Shown: piece after piece, positions 6,802-16,454 of the stretch | How positions within the stretch are numbered: the stretch's first letter is position 1 | How the letters are laid out: each line of letters begins with the position of its first letter | Assembly (NCBI GenBank): GCA_001823535.1 | Contig: MHUT01000022.1 | Coordinates: 1 to 44,342, forward strand | Origin: Candidatus Yonathbacteria bacterium RIFCSPHIGHO2_02_FULL_44_14 | Lineage (GTDB): Bacteria > Patescibacteriota > Minisyncoccia > Phycocordibacterales > UBA1550 | DNA: 44,342 bases | Direction of reading: 5' to 3' | Notes under the pieces: model-generated | Told to the model about the DNA's origin: nothing | The model's input: only the letters and a program-made list of their open reading frames with translations | Databases searched by the model: none | Program-made: the position numbers and the translations under genes

Positions 6802-8051
6802 TGAAGCGAACGCACAAGCACATATTTTTAGGGACTACAATCACGGTCGGATCATTTTCCGTCTTTTATTTTTTTATCCCAACTTTGTTCTCTGTAAATT
6901 ATGATTCCAAAAAAATAGCGGGGGAGGCAGTGGCGACAAGCACGCTTGAAATGGCATCAATTACGCAACCAGTCGAGCCCGAGTTTGTTGTTACGCATAT
7001 TTCAACCCCAAGTGCTGTAAAGGCAATCTATATGACTGCGTGTGTTGCGACAATGCCGTCGTTTCGTGAAAAGCTTGTGCGCATTGCCGACACAACTGAG
7101 GTGAACAGTATCATTATTGATGTAAAAGATTTCAGTGGTACAATCGCGTTCTCTGCTCTACACCCGCTTTTGAAGGATAATATGGGAACTGGGTGCCGTA
7201 CTAAGGACCTTCGTGAATTCATTGAAGAGCTTCACAAAAAGGGAATTTACACGATTGCGCGCATCACTGTTTTTCAAGATCCCTACTACACAAAAGCTTA
7301 TCCTGAGCTTGCGGTGCATAAAAAAAGCGATGGCAGGGTTTGGAAGGATAGAAAAGGTTTGAGTTTTGTGGATGTGAGTGCGAAGCCTTACTGGGAATAT
7401 GTCGTAGCACTTGGAAAAGAATCATACGCGATGGGGTTTGATGAACTCAATTTTGATTACATTCGTTTCCCTTCGGACGGTGACATGAAAGACATTGATT
7501 TTACGTGGAGCAAAGGGATGAGCAAAGCTGAAGCTCTTGAACATTTTTTTGCGTACCTTCATGATTCATTTAAAAACACTGGCGCAAAAACATCTGCCGA
7601 TCTATTTGGCATGACGACAACAAACACTGACGATCTCAATATCGGGCAGGTTCTTGAGCGCACAATGCCGTACTTTGATTATGTCGCACCAATGGTGTAC
7701 CCATCACATTACCCGCCGAGTTTTAATGGATGGAAAAACCCCAACAATCACCCTTATGACCTCATTAAATTTGTAATGACACGGGGGGGAGATCGCGCTG
7801 AGGCAAGTACGACAACGGTGCCTCATTTTGGTGGCGAGCGCGTAGGGACATCGACGCCTGCAGTTTATACAAAAGATATATACGACAGAAACAAGCTCCG
7901 TCCATGGCTTCAGGATTTTGATTATGGTGGTGATTATGGATCAGCAGAAGTACGCGCACAAATTCAAGCAACTTACGACTCCGGACTTAACTCATGGTTT
8001 CTCTGGGATCCAAAGAATTTGTACACGAAAGAAGCATTGAAAGCAGAGTAA
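6801..8051 (+). CDS. membrane-anchored putative glycoside hydrolase (DUF4015-like)
   Basis: N-terminal TM; VKAIY, IDVKD, ARITVFQD, GFDELNFDYIRFP, PMVYPSHY, RPWLQDF motifs. Confidence 0.8.
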   Translation: MKRTHKHIFLGTTITVGSFSVFYFFIPTLFSVNYDSKKIAGEAVATSTLEMASITQPVEPEFVVTHISTPSAVKAIYMTACVATMPSFREKLVRIADTTEVNSIIIDVKDFSGTIAFSALHPLLKDNMGTGCRTKDLREFIEELHKKGIYTIARITVFQDPYYTKAYPELAVHKKSDGRVWKDRKGLSFVDVSAKPYWEYVVALGKESYAMGFDELNFDYIRFPSDGDMKDIDFTWSKGMSKAEALEHFFAYLHDSFKNTGAKTSADLFGMTTTNTDDLNIGQVLERTMPYFDYVAPMVYPSHYPPSFNGWKNPNNHPYDLIKFVMTRGGDRAEASTTTVPHFGGERVGTSTPAVYTKDIYDRNKLRPWLQDFDYGGDYGSAEVRAQIQATYDSGLNSWFLWDPKNLYTKEALKAE

Positions 8052-8061
8052 GCGTGGGTAT

Positions 8062-8101
8062 GAAAAAGAAAAATTGCGCGAGTGTGCAATTTTTCTTTTT
8101 C
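8062..8101. terminator. 16-bp perfect inverted repeat, probable terminator
   Basis: GAAAAAGAAAAATTGC-gcgagtgt-GCAATTTTTCTTTTTC. Confidence 0.65.
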
Positions 8102-8117
8102 GCGTATAATGAAAGTA

Positions 8118-9983
8118 ATGTATCTTTACGATAAAAATCGCATCACTTATTTTGCGGAAACTGATCGCCGTAACAAACGTATCCCATTTGGCATTAAGGC
8201 TGATGATCGTACGCGCCATATGTACATTATCGGAAAGACCGGTATGGGAAAGTCCACACTCATCGAAAACATGGTGGTGCAGGATATTAAAAATGGGGAA
8301 GGGTTTGCATTCATGGATCCGCACGGCAAATCCGCGGCACTCATTCTCGACTATATTCCGCCAGAGCGCCTAAAGGACGTTGTGTATTTTGCGCCGTTCG
8401 ATGTGGAAAACCCAATTTCTTTCAACGTGATGGAGGACGTGGGTCCTGACAAGAGGCATCTCGTAGCCAATGGGCTTATGAGTGCGTTTAAAAAAATCTG
8501 GGGTCCCGAGACATGGTCCGCGCGTATGGAATACATTCTGATGAATGCACTCTTGGCACTTTTGGAATATCCTGACTCGACACTCCTTGGCGTGAGTCGT
8601 ATGCTTACTGATAAAGTATACCGAAAGAAGGTTGTCGACAATGTGAAAGACCCGTCAGTTAAAGCATATTGGGTTGATGAATTCGCAAAATACAGCGAAC
8701 AGTATGCAAAAGAGGCGGTTCCCGGCATCCAAAATAAGCTTGGTCAATTTACTTCAAACCCGCTCATTCGAAATATTATCGGGCAACCACACTCAAGCTT
8801 CAATCTTCGTGAGATGATGGATGAGAGAAAGATTCTCATTGTAAATCTCTCAAAAGGGCAGCTTGGTGAAGGCAACGCGAACCTTCTGGGCGGTATGATT
8901 ATTACCAAGATTTATCTTGCAGCGATGTCACGGGCAGATCTGACAGAGGGTGAGCTCAAAAAACTCCCCAATTTTTACATGTATGTGGACGAATTTCAGT
9001 CGTTTGCAAACGAGTCTTTTGCAGACATTTTGTCCGAGGCGCGCAAGTACAGGCTTGCCCTTGTTGTTGCGCATCAATACATCAAACAAATGGACGAGAA
9101 GGTCGCCGATGCGGTGTTTGGCAACGTGGGCACACAGATTATGTTTCGTGTCGGTGCGCCAGACGCAGAGGTTCTTGAAAAAGAATATGCGCCGGTTTTC
9201 ACCGCGGAAGACATGGTGAGTCTTGGATTCACTCAAATATATTTGAAGCTTATGATTGACGGCGTCGCCTCACATCCATTTTCTGCGGTGACATTGCCGC
9301 CAATTTTGCCCCCTGCAAAATCGCTCCGAGAGGAGGTGCTCACTTATTCGCGCACTCTTTATGGGCATCCGCGCACGGATGTGGAAAAAGAAATTGCCGA
9401 ATGGTATGGAAGCGCAAATGACACAATCTCCAAGAGTGAGTCAGGCAATTCATCCGTAGACACCAATCGTGCGTCATCTCGCGAGGCGCGGCCCGAAGCT
9501 CCTCGTGCCGATGTTTCACCACGCGCCCCCACTGTGCTTCGCGATGGAAATGCAATGTTTGAGCGACCGAAGCGGATAGAAAGATCAGAACAAAGACGAG
9601 AAGAAACACCGCACCCAGAGAAATTTGAGAAACCATTTGCGCAGGCATTCAAGGAATTTCAAAAACCAGAGACTAATGCAATACCTGAGAGAGCCAGTCT
9701 TTCAACGCTTACGCAAGGTCGACCAAGAACAGGAGGTGTTATCTCCCCAATAAAGAGCAAGGGTCCCACCACAGAAGGTTTGAGTGGTTTAAAAGCCGCA
9801 CTCGCTGATGTTTTAGGGGAGGCAAAGAATATCGCTCCAGAAGCGCAAAAAATGACGGATGCAACAGTCGCACCAAAAGATACGCCACCCGCGCCACTTC
9901 GCGAGCGCGACATGAAGCAGCCACCAAAGCCCCAAGAGGTACCCGAGGATGTGCTTACCGCGATTCTCCGCGGGGATGATTAA
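8118..9983 (+). CDS. VirD4/TrwB/HerA-like P-loop ATPase (type IV secretion DNA-binding domain protein) with disordered C-terminal tail
   Basis: RHMYIIGKTGMGKS Walker A, DPHG, YVDEFQ Walker B, SEARKY, AHQY..Q, GNVGT...FRVG..DA; ATG 8118 lies 7 nt after TATAAT. Confidence 0.85.
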   Translation: MYLYDKNRITYFAETDRRNKRIPFGIKADDRTRHMYIIGKTGMGKSTLIENMVVQDIKNGEGFAFMDPHGKSAALILDYIPPERLKDVVYFAPFDVENPISFNVMEDVGPDKRHLVANGLMSAFKKIWGPETWSARMEYILMNALLALLEYPDSTLLGVSRMLTDKVYRKKVVDNVKDPSVKAYWVDEFAKYSEQYAKEAVPGIQNKLGQFTSNPLIRNIIGQPHSSFNLREMMDERKILIVNLSKGQLGEGNANLLGGMIITKIYLAAMSRADLTEGELKKLPNFYMYVDEFQSFANESFADILSEARKYRLALVVAHQYIKQMDEKVADAVFGNVGTQIMFRVGAPDAEVLEKEYAPVFTAEDMVSLGFTQIYLKLMIDGVASHPFSAVTLPPILPPAKSLREEVLTYSRTLYGHPRTDVEKEIAEWYGSANDTISKSESGNSSVDTNRASSREARPEAPRADVSPRAPTVLRDGNAMFERPKRIERSEQRREETPHPEKFEKPFAQAFKEFQKPETNAIPERASLSTLTQGRPRTGGVISPIKSKGPTTEGLSGLKAALADVLGEAKNIAPEAQKMTDATVAPKDTPPAPLRERDMKQPPKPQEVPEDVLTAILRGDD

Positions 9984-9986
9984 TAG

Positions 9987-10111
9987 AGTAGCCCCCCAAA
10001 CGCCCGTATACTACGTTGTAAACAAATCGTTTTTTTCACCGTAGTAATAAGTACGGCTCAAAAAAACGATATGCTTACGCCTTGTATACGGGGCGTTTGA
10101 GGGATACTACT
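9987..10111. repeat. ~125-bp imperfect palindromic element (MITE-like hairpin)
   Basis: AGTAG/CTACT, CAAACGCCC/GGGCGTTTG, GTATAC/GTATAC, GTAAACAAATCGTTTTTTT/AAAAAAACGATATGCTTAC (17/19), CCGTA/TACGG. Confidence 0.8.
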
Positions 10112-10120
10112 TACTTAAGT

Positions 10121-11476
10121 ATGAAAAAAATTATTTTTATTTTTATGCTGTTTTTTGCGCAGACGGTTTCCGCGCAGGTTTTCATTTCTGAAATTAAATA
10201 CACGGGAAATGAATGGATTGAGATTTCTAACATAGGGGCGCCTGTCGATCTTTCGCTTTGGAAATTTTTTGAAGGAGGAACAAATCATAAATTAAAATTT
10301 GTGCAGGGTGGAATTACGCTAGCTTCCGGCGAATATGCAATCATTGTAAATGATGCCACCGCGTTTCTAAGTGAACATAGCGGATTTTCGGGAATGCTTT
10401 TGGATAGTTCATTTTCGCTTCTTGATGCAGGTGAAACAATAAGCATTAAGTCATCCGACATAAAGACAGTTGATACGGTCTCGTATGTGGGTATAAAGGG
10501 AAGCAAGAATTCCATTCAGAACATCGATGGTGTGTGGCGTGAAGCAGGACCAACGCCTGGCGCATCAAATACTGTTGTGTTGAGTACGCCTGCTGTGAAT
10601 ATGGATAAACGACCTTTGGTAAACAGTAATAATGAGACATCTCCAATTTCGAAACCACAGGTTGTTGTGGGTGTAGTGCCACAGGTCCGGGTAGCTCTTG
10701 CGGGATTGCCAATTATTTTTGAAGGGAGAACTTCTGGAAAAGAAAATAATTCTGGAGGAGCTCCCAGTGGAGTTTGGTCATTCGGAGACGGCGCATCCTT
10801 TGAAGGCATGACCGCGTCGCATACCTATTATTATCCCGGGGAATACACGGTGGTTTTTGATGTCGTAATAGGGAACGATACCGCAACAGATCGTATGCTC
10901 GTGCGTGTCGTATCACCCAACCTTTCCCTGCTTGCTGGAGGAGATGCAAGTCGTTCGTTTTTTACCATAGAAAATCACAGCGGAGATGATATAGATCTGT
11001 CAGAGTGGCAGGCAATGAGTGGAGAAAAAACTTTTACATTTCCCAAAAATACTATTCTTGCTGCGAGAAAGAGTGCTACGTTTGCGAGCGAGGTAACCAG
11101 TCTCGCGACGCCAACAGGGAGTATTCCAGAGATTTGGTCTCCAAACGGTATGCGTGTTGAGGTTAAAACTGAAGCACATACTTCTTCTGAGTCTTCTCCC
11201 CAAATACCCCAAAATACTTCTGTAAAAAATGTCGTTACGGCGCGTGCGACATCTCCTGTGTTGCAAAACCAAGAAGCCACGGTAGCAAATGCTTTTAATG
11301 ATTCGCTAATACTACCACAGGAACGCGAGGAATCTAGTCTGTGGCCATGGTATGTTGGTGCGTCGTTTATCGCAGCTTTTGCTCTTCTTGGACTTCGACT
11401 TGTTCGGAAGAATGAAACAAATAGCGACCTCTGCGCGGAGGATTTTGAAATCATTGAAGACGAGGAGCCGTACTAG
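10121..11476 (+). CDS. secreted, C-terminally anchored lamin-tail-domain / PKD-domain protein
   Basis: Signal peptide MKKIIFIFMLFFAQTVSA; VFISEI..EWIEI.N..DLS.W (LTD); WSFGDG..HTY..PGEYTV (PKD); second I.N..DLSEW; C-terminal TM. Confidence 0.8.
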   Translation: MKKIIFIFMLFFAQTVSAQVFISEIKYTGNEWIEISNIGAPVDLSLWKFFEGGTNHKLKFVQGGITLASGEYAIIVNDATAFLSEHSGFSGMLLDSSFSLLDAGETISIKSSDIKTVDTVSYVGIKGSKNSIQNIDGVWREAGPTPGASNTVVLSTPAVNMDKRPLVNSNNETSPISKPQVVVGVVPQVRVALAGLPIIFEGRTSGKENNSGGAPSGVWSFGDGASFEGMTASHTYYYPGEYTVVFDVVIGNDTATDRMLVRVVSPNLSLLAGGDASRSFFTIENHSGDDIDLSEWQAMSGEKTFTFPKNTILAARKSATFASEVTSLATPTGSIPEIWSPNGMRVEVKTEAHTSSESSPQIPQNTSVKNVVTARATSPVLQNQEATVANAFNDSLILPQEREESSLWPWYVGASFIAAFALLGLRLVRKNETNSDLCAEDFEIIEDEEPY

Positions 11477-11543
11477 ATTTTTTGTCGTAAGTATGGTTCA
11501 ATTTGGTTTGGTTCTTTCTAACTCAATGGAAAGGTGGTGTGCA

Positions 11544-12110
11544 ATGTTTGCGATAAATCTTAAAGTAGCACTTGCTTCTCATCGTGTCAAATGCTTTACA
11601 AAGAAATTTCGTGATCTCGAGGGTTTGAGGCGAGTCTCCCCGTTCTTCCTGTATGACATAATCCTGTTGCCCTATGTCACCATACGTTTATGTTTGGCGA
11701 AGCGGGAGCTGTTTGCATTGCTGCGTACCGTATCTGTTCTAAAGTGTACCGACCTATCGTTACTCCTGTGGGTGGGTGAGCTTTTGTATGGCACTGGTGA
11801 GTATAAGTATTCCATAGTGTGTTTTAATCGTGTCATTGAAGGACTTGATCATGATGATCAAGATATCCGTCTCAAGGCACTCACAGGAAGACTCGAAAGT
11901 GAGCTCGCGACCAAATTGCAAAACATCATTAATGGTCGCGCAGACCCTAAGGGCTATGCAGAAGCGAAACATTCTTATGGGATCATTGTGCGCGACCTTT
12001 ATGCGCTAAACCCTGAAGCGCAATTAAGTCTTAAAAAGCGTCTCGAGCAGATTACAAAGAGTATGGGGATACTCGCGATAGGCAACTCGTACTACAGAGG
12101 ATTTTCATAA
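11544..12110 (+). CDS. hypothetical helical protein with one TPR-like motif
   Basis: AAGGTGG SD-like motif before ATG 11544; LWVGELLYGTGEYKYSIVCFNRVI resembles a TPR; terminator follows. Confidence 0.6.
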   Translation: MFAINLKVALASHRVKCFTKKFRDLEGLRRVSPFFLYDIILLPYVTIRLCLAKRELFALLRTVSVLKCTDLSLLLWVGELLYGTGEYKYSIVCFNRVIEGLDHDDQDIRLKALTGRLESELATKLQNIINGRADPKGYAEAKHSYGIIVRDLYALNPEAQLSLKKRLEQITKSMGILAIGNSYYRGFS

Positions 12111-12129
12111 TTATATCATTTTCAATTTT

Positions 12130-12159
12130 ACCGCCGGCTTCACTTCCGGCGGTTTTTTT
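12130..12159 (+). terminator. intrinsic terminator
   Basis: ACCGCCGG-cttcactt-CCGGCGGT followed by a T run. Confidence 0.8.
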
Positions 12160-12244
12160 ATTTAACCCACCATAGTACATTATAGGTACATAGTGGTGGT
12201 GACCTTTTGTTTTAGCCTTGAATGGGTGGTATACTGTTGAAATT

Positions 12245-13141
12245 ATGGCTGAAACTGCTAAAAAAACCATTCTCGTCACCGGCGGCGCAGGGTTTATTGG
12301 ATCAAATCTCATAGAGCGTTTGGTGAGGGACCCTGCGAACAGAGTTGTCTCGCTTGATAACTATTTTACGGGCTCTCGAGAAAACCACATTGCAGGTGCC
12401 GAGTACATAGAAGGGCATACAAAAGATATTGCGAAACTAATCAATTTTGTTCCCGATCTCGTTTTTCACCTAGGCGAATATTCCCGCGTTGCACAGAGCA
12501 TGAACGAGCCGGATGTTGTGTGGGATCTTAATATGAATGGCACATGCGCAGTTCTTGAATTTTGGAGAACGCATAAATTCAAGTTTGTGTACGCGGGGTC
12601 ATCAACAAAGTTTTCTCTACCACGTGTTGATGGAGTAGAGGGGAAGGATTTATCACCGTATACATGGATAAAATCTGCAAACACAGACCTTGTAAAAAAT
12701 TACGGTACCTGGTACGGGCTCCCGTACGCCATTGTATATTTTTACAATGTATTTGGACCGCGCGAGCTCGAAGGTGCTTACGGCACCGTTATTGAAATAT
12801 TCAAACAGAAATATCTGCACAATGAGCCGCTCCCCGTGCGCTCGCCAGGAACCCAAAAGCGAAGTTATACGCATGTCGATGACACCGTAGATGCACTCAT
12901 TTTGGTTGCGGGAAAAGGGGAGGGAGATAGTTACGGTATCAGCTCTGCAAAAGAATATTCCATTATGGAGGTCGCACAAATGTTTAAAACTGAGATCGAG
13001 ATGTTGCCGGCGCGCAGCACCAGCAGGCCTTCCTCTGCCGTTGATACCACCCGCATGAGCGAGCTTGGATGGGAAGCAACGCGTACCCTCGAGGACTATA
13101 TTAACGATTTCATCAAAAAAAATCCGAGAACTGCGCAGTAA
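12245..13141 (+). CDS. NAD-dependent epimerase/dehydratase (extended SDR)
   Basis: ILVTGGAGFIGS, YAGSS, PYTWIK (YxxxK), FYNVFGP, R.YTHVDD. Confidence 0.9.
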   Translation: MAETAKKTILVTGGAGFIGSNLIERLVRDPANRVVSLDNYFTGSRENHIAGAEYIEGHTKDIAKLINFVPDLVFHLGEYSRVAQSMNEPDVVWDLNMNGTCAVLEFWRTHKFKFVYAGSSTKFSLPRVDGVEGKDLSPYTWIKSANTDLVKNYGTWYGLPYAIVYFYNVFGPRELEGAYGTVIEIFKQKYLHNEPLPVRSPGTQKRSYTHVDDTVDALILVAGKGEGDSYGISSAKEYSIMEVAQMFKTEIEMLPARSTSRPSSAVDTTRMSELGWEATRTLEDYINDFIKKNPRTAQ

Positions 13142-13149
13142 TTAAAAAT

Positions 13150-14373
13150 ATGAAAAAGATTCTTGTTTTTTCACTCACGTACTATCCAAATCCTGTGGGC
13201 GGTGCGGAAGTGGCGATCAAGGAGATCACTGACCGCATTGGTTCAACAGATATTGAATTTCATATGGTTTGTCTGCGATTTGACCGTACTTTACCAAAGG
13301 TGGAAAAAATTGGGAATGTGCTTGTGCACCGAATTGGATTTTCAAAATTAAATCCAACAACAGATGATCATAAGAAATTCCCCCTCCATCTCAATAAGTA
13401 TTTTTTTCAATTCACCGCAGCACTTAAGGCAATAAATTTGCATCGCATATATCATTATGATGGCATTTGGGCAATGATGGCACATTCAACAGGCGTACCC
13501 GCTGTAATTTTTAAAATTTTTTATCCAAATGTTGGGTACACGCTCACTCTCCAAGAAGGAGACCCAATTTCTTATATTGAAAAAACGGTTCGCCCTTTGT
13601 GGCCGTTATTCATTCGCGCTTTCGCTCGCGCTGATGTTGTGCAAGCAATATCGAGCTTTCTTGGAGTGTGGGCGCGCACGCGTGGATTCAAAGGTCCACT
13701 TGAAATAATTCCTAACGGCGCTTCGTTGCCCGCATCTGATAATTATTCCGCGACAGAAATAAAAGAACTCAAAGAAAAGTATGGTAAAAAAGAAGGAGAT
13801 ATTTACATAGTAACTGTTTCGCGCTTAGTGGAGAAAAATGCAGTCGATGATATTATTCGTGCGCTTCCGCTTCTGCCTCAAAATATCAAAGCACTCATCG
13901 TCGGCGGCGGACCTGACGAAGAAATGCTTAAACAGCTTGCGCAGGAACTTGGGGTTTCAGACCGCGTGAGATTTACTGGACAAGTTGACCGAAAACAGAC
14001 AGCAGAATGTCGAATGATATCAGATATTTTTGCACGTCCAAGCCGCTCAGAGGGGATGGGAAACTCATTTGCTTCTGCGATGGCGTCGCGTATTCCTATT
14101 ATTGCAACACAGGAGGGCGGACTTGCTGATTTTATTTTTGACGCAAAGAGGAATCCCGACAAGGAAACAACGGCATGGGTGGTAGACAAGGACAACCCAG
14201 CGCAAATTGCCGAGGCGGTAAAAGATATTCTCGCTCACCCTGAGCAAGTAAAGAAAGTTGTTGCAACAGCCTATAAGCTTGTTTCAGAAAAATATAATTG
14301 GGACTTCATTGCGCGTGACATGCGTTCAAAAGTGTTCAATCAATCGTTTGCAATTAGTCATGCGAGCCAGTAG
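13150..14373 (+). CDS. glycosyltransferase family 4 (GT-B)
   Basis: GGAE, VSRL..KN, GGGP, PSRSEGMGNSFASAMAS. Confidence 0.9.
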   Translation: MKKILVFSLTYYPNPVGGAEVAIKEITDRIGSTDIEFHMVCLRFDRTLPKVEKIGNVLVHRIGFSKLNPTTDDHKKFPLHLNKYFFQFTAALKAINLHRIYHYDGIWAMMAHSTGVPAVIFKIFYPNVGYTLTLQEGDPISYIEKTVRPLWPLFIRAFARADVVQAISSFLGVWARTRGFKGPLEIIPNGASLPASDNYSATEIKELKEKYGKKEGDIYIVTVSRLVEKNAVDDIIRALPLLPQNIKALIVGGGPDEEMLKQLAQELGVSDRVRFTGQVDRKQTAECRMISDIFARPSRSEGMGNSFASAMASRIPIIATQEGGLADFIFDAKRNPDKETTAWVVDKDNPAQIAEAVKDILAHPEQVKKVVATAYKLVSEKYNWDFIARDMRSKVFNQSFAISHASQ

Positions 14374-14383
14374 TATAAAGTCA

Positions 14384-15589
14384 ATGAAGCGCATCCTTAT
14401 TTTCTCTCTTGCATACTATCCCGATGTTGTCGCTGGAGCAGAGGTGGCAATCAAGGAGATCACCAATCGCGTCGATTCAAATGATATTGTTTTTGACATG
14501 GTGACACTTCGTTTTAATTCTGCACTTCCAGAGTTTGAAAAAATAGGGAATGTGAATGTTTATCGTATTGGTTTCACTCGTAGAAATCCTACTATCGGGG
14601 ATTTGGGGAGGTTTCCCCTCGCGCTCAATAAATATCTATTCCCGTATCTTGGGTACTTGAAAGCATCCTCGCTCCATCGCAAGAATCACTACGACGGTAT
14701 CTGGGCGATGATGGCAAACTATGCCAGTTTCGCTGCGCTCTTTTTCAAGATCCACTATCCGCACGTGAAGTTTCTCATGACTCTTCAGGAAGGGGATCCT
14801 ATGGAGTACGTTAAACACCAAGTACGCTTTGCATACCCTCTTTTTCGTCGGGTTTTCACCCATGCAAATTTTGTACAGACAATCTCAAATTACCTTGCAG
14901 GTTTTGCACGCAATATGGGGTATACAGGACCTCTCGAAGTTGTGCCAAATGCGGTAAATGTGGCGCACTTCGCACAAGAATATCCCGAAAACGAACTTTT
15001 AGTTTTAAAACATCGGCTCGGCAAAAAAAATGGCGATTTTTTTCTTATTACAACATCGCGCATGGTGACCAAAAATGCAGTGGATGAGGTGATTCGTGCG
15101 TTACCGCTCTTGCCTCCAACAATAAAATTTTTGATTCTTGGCATAGGGCCTGATGAAGCGATGCTTCGCAAGCTTGCGTATGAAATGGGTGTCGCTGATC
15201 GCGTGCAGTTTCTCGGACAAGTTCTCCACAACGAAATGCCTAAATATCTTAAAGTGTCGGATGTGTTTATTCGCCCATCACGTTCTGAGGGGCTTGGTAA
15301 TTCATTCCTCGAGGCAATGGCGGCGGGGATTCCTGTTATTGCAACGCCAGTAGGAGGCATACCAGATTTTCTTTTTGATCCCGATCAAAATCCTGGACAC
15401 CCCGCAACAGGGCTTTTTGCGAACATTAATGACCCGACAAGTATTGCGCGTCAGGTGAAGCGCCTCATTTCTGATCCGGCGCTCCGCGCATGGCTCTTTA
15501 TAAACGGTCGTACGATGGTTGCTGAAAAGTATGACTGGTCGCTTATCGCCCGCGCAATGAAAGAGAAGGTGTTTGACAAGTTACTATAA
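14384..15589 (+). CDS. glycosyltransferase family 4 (GT-B), paralog of the upstream gene
   Basis: GAEVAIKEIT and TLQEGDP shared with the upstream gene; PSRSEGLGNSFLEAMAAG EX7E motif; start moved to ATG 14384. Confidence 0.92.
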   Translation: MKRILIFSLAYYPDVVAGAEVAIKEITNRVDSNDIVFDMVTLRFNSALPEFEKIGNVNVYRIGFTRRNPTIGDLGRFPLALNKYLFPYLGYLKASSLHRKNHYDGIWAMMANYASFAALFFKIHYPHVKFLMTLQEGDPMEYVKHQVRFAYPLFRRVFTHANFVQTISNYLAGFARNMGYTGPLEVVPNAVNVAHFAQEYPENELLVLKHRLGKKNGDFFLITTSRMVTKNAVDEVIRALPLLPPTIKFLILGIGPDEAMLRKLAYEMGVADRVQFLGQVLHNEMPKYLKVSDVFIRPSRSEGLGNSFLEAMAAGIPVIATPVGGIPDFLFDPDQNPGHPATGLFANINDPTSIARQVKRLISDPALRAWLFINGRTMVAEKYDWSLIARAMKEKVFDKLL

Positions 15590-15601
15590 AAATGCTATAC
15601 T
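15573..15601 (+). promoter_or_regulatory. near-consensus sigma70 promoter
   Basis: TTGACA(15573-78)-17 bp-TATACT(15596-601) with TG extension; overlaps the end of the upstream CDS. Confidence 0.75.
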
Positions 15602-15668
15602 TTATAGAGTATAAAAAGTGGCTTAGCAATAAGCCTTTATGTTGTTTTACAAAGAGTGGAGGTGAAAA

Positions 15669-16433
15669 TTGAGCAAAAAAATAGGACTCCTTTTGAGGAG
15701 CTATGCAAAGACGACAGAGGATGTTCCCGGTGTCGTGTCTCGCGCACTGAAAAGTATCGAGCACGCCTGCAGCTTGCGCGACAAGAATGGCGAACGAATA
15801 TTCAGCCGTGTTGCTGTTATCGTTCCCCGTGATCATGATTGCGGGCACACGAGGTGGGAGATCGTTCGTGCACTCCCCATATCCGAATTGTTTCAACCTG
15901 CGCTCATACGAGACGTTCCTGGACATCATTCCTGCGGAGCGCTCAATGAGGGAATTGTTATACTCGATAGTTTCAATATCGACTACGCAGTGATTATCTC
16001 TAATAAGGCAATCAAAGCACTGACGGTTCCTGTGGTTGAGGCAATAATCGAAGCATTCGCAAAAGGTGCAAAAGTTGTCGGCGTCGCAGTTGATGAGCTT
16101 CAAGAGTTCGTGCTCGAAGGGCGTATTCAAAACACGTTTGCGGGGTGGGATGTTAGAGCACTTCGCGAAGTAGGTGGTTTTGATTCTCTGGCGGGTGTGG
16201 AGGAAGTCACGCCGACGGTCCGACTACTTTGGACATACGACAAATGCATTGCCACACTCGTTCCAAAAGAAGTGCCCACGCTGGATATTCGTAAGACCAA
16301 TGACGGCAAGGCACGACACGAGGAAGTGATGAAGACAAAACTCGATCGTCAGCAGGAAGAAGTCGAGAAAGTTGGCGTTGACTTTAACTTCATCAAGAAC
16401 GGTATGATGGCCGGCTATCCAAAATCAGTTTAG
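15669..16433 (+). CDS. hypothetical protein, divergent GT-A (GT2-like) fold
   Basis: GGAGGTG SD before TTG; ALNEGI..DYAVIISNK, ALREVGGFD, GVEE echo GT2 motifs. Confidence 0.65.
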   Translation: MSKKIGLLLRSYAKTTEDVPGVVSRALKSIEHACSLRDKNGERIFSRVAVIVPRDHDCGHTRWEIVRALPISELFQPALIRDVPGHHSCGALNEGIVILDSFNIDYAVIISNKAIKALTVPVVEAIIEAFAKGAKVVGVAVDELQEFVLEGRIQNTFAGWDVRALREVGGFDSLAGVEEVTPTVRLLWTYDKCIATLVPKEVPTLDIRKTNDGKARHEEVMKTKLDRQQEEVEKVGVDFNFIKNGMMAGYPKSV

Positions 16434-16454
16434 GCTTTCAAAGTCGGCTATAAA

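Noticed and set aside
10082-14383. ORF-track starts at 10082, 11352, 12218 and 14258 (also 2364, 8082, 29919, 32992)
   Set aside because: The extensions overlap hairpins, promoters or upstream genes; downstream ATGs match domain starts and expression signals
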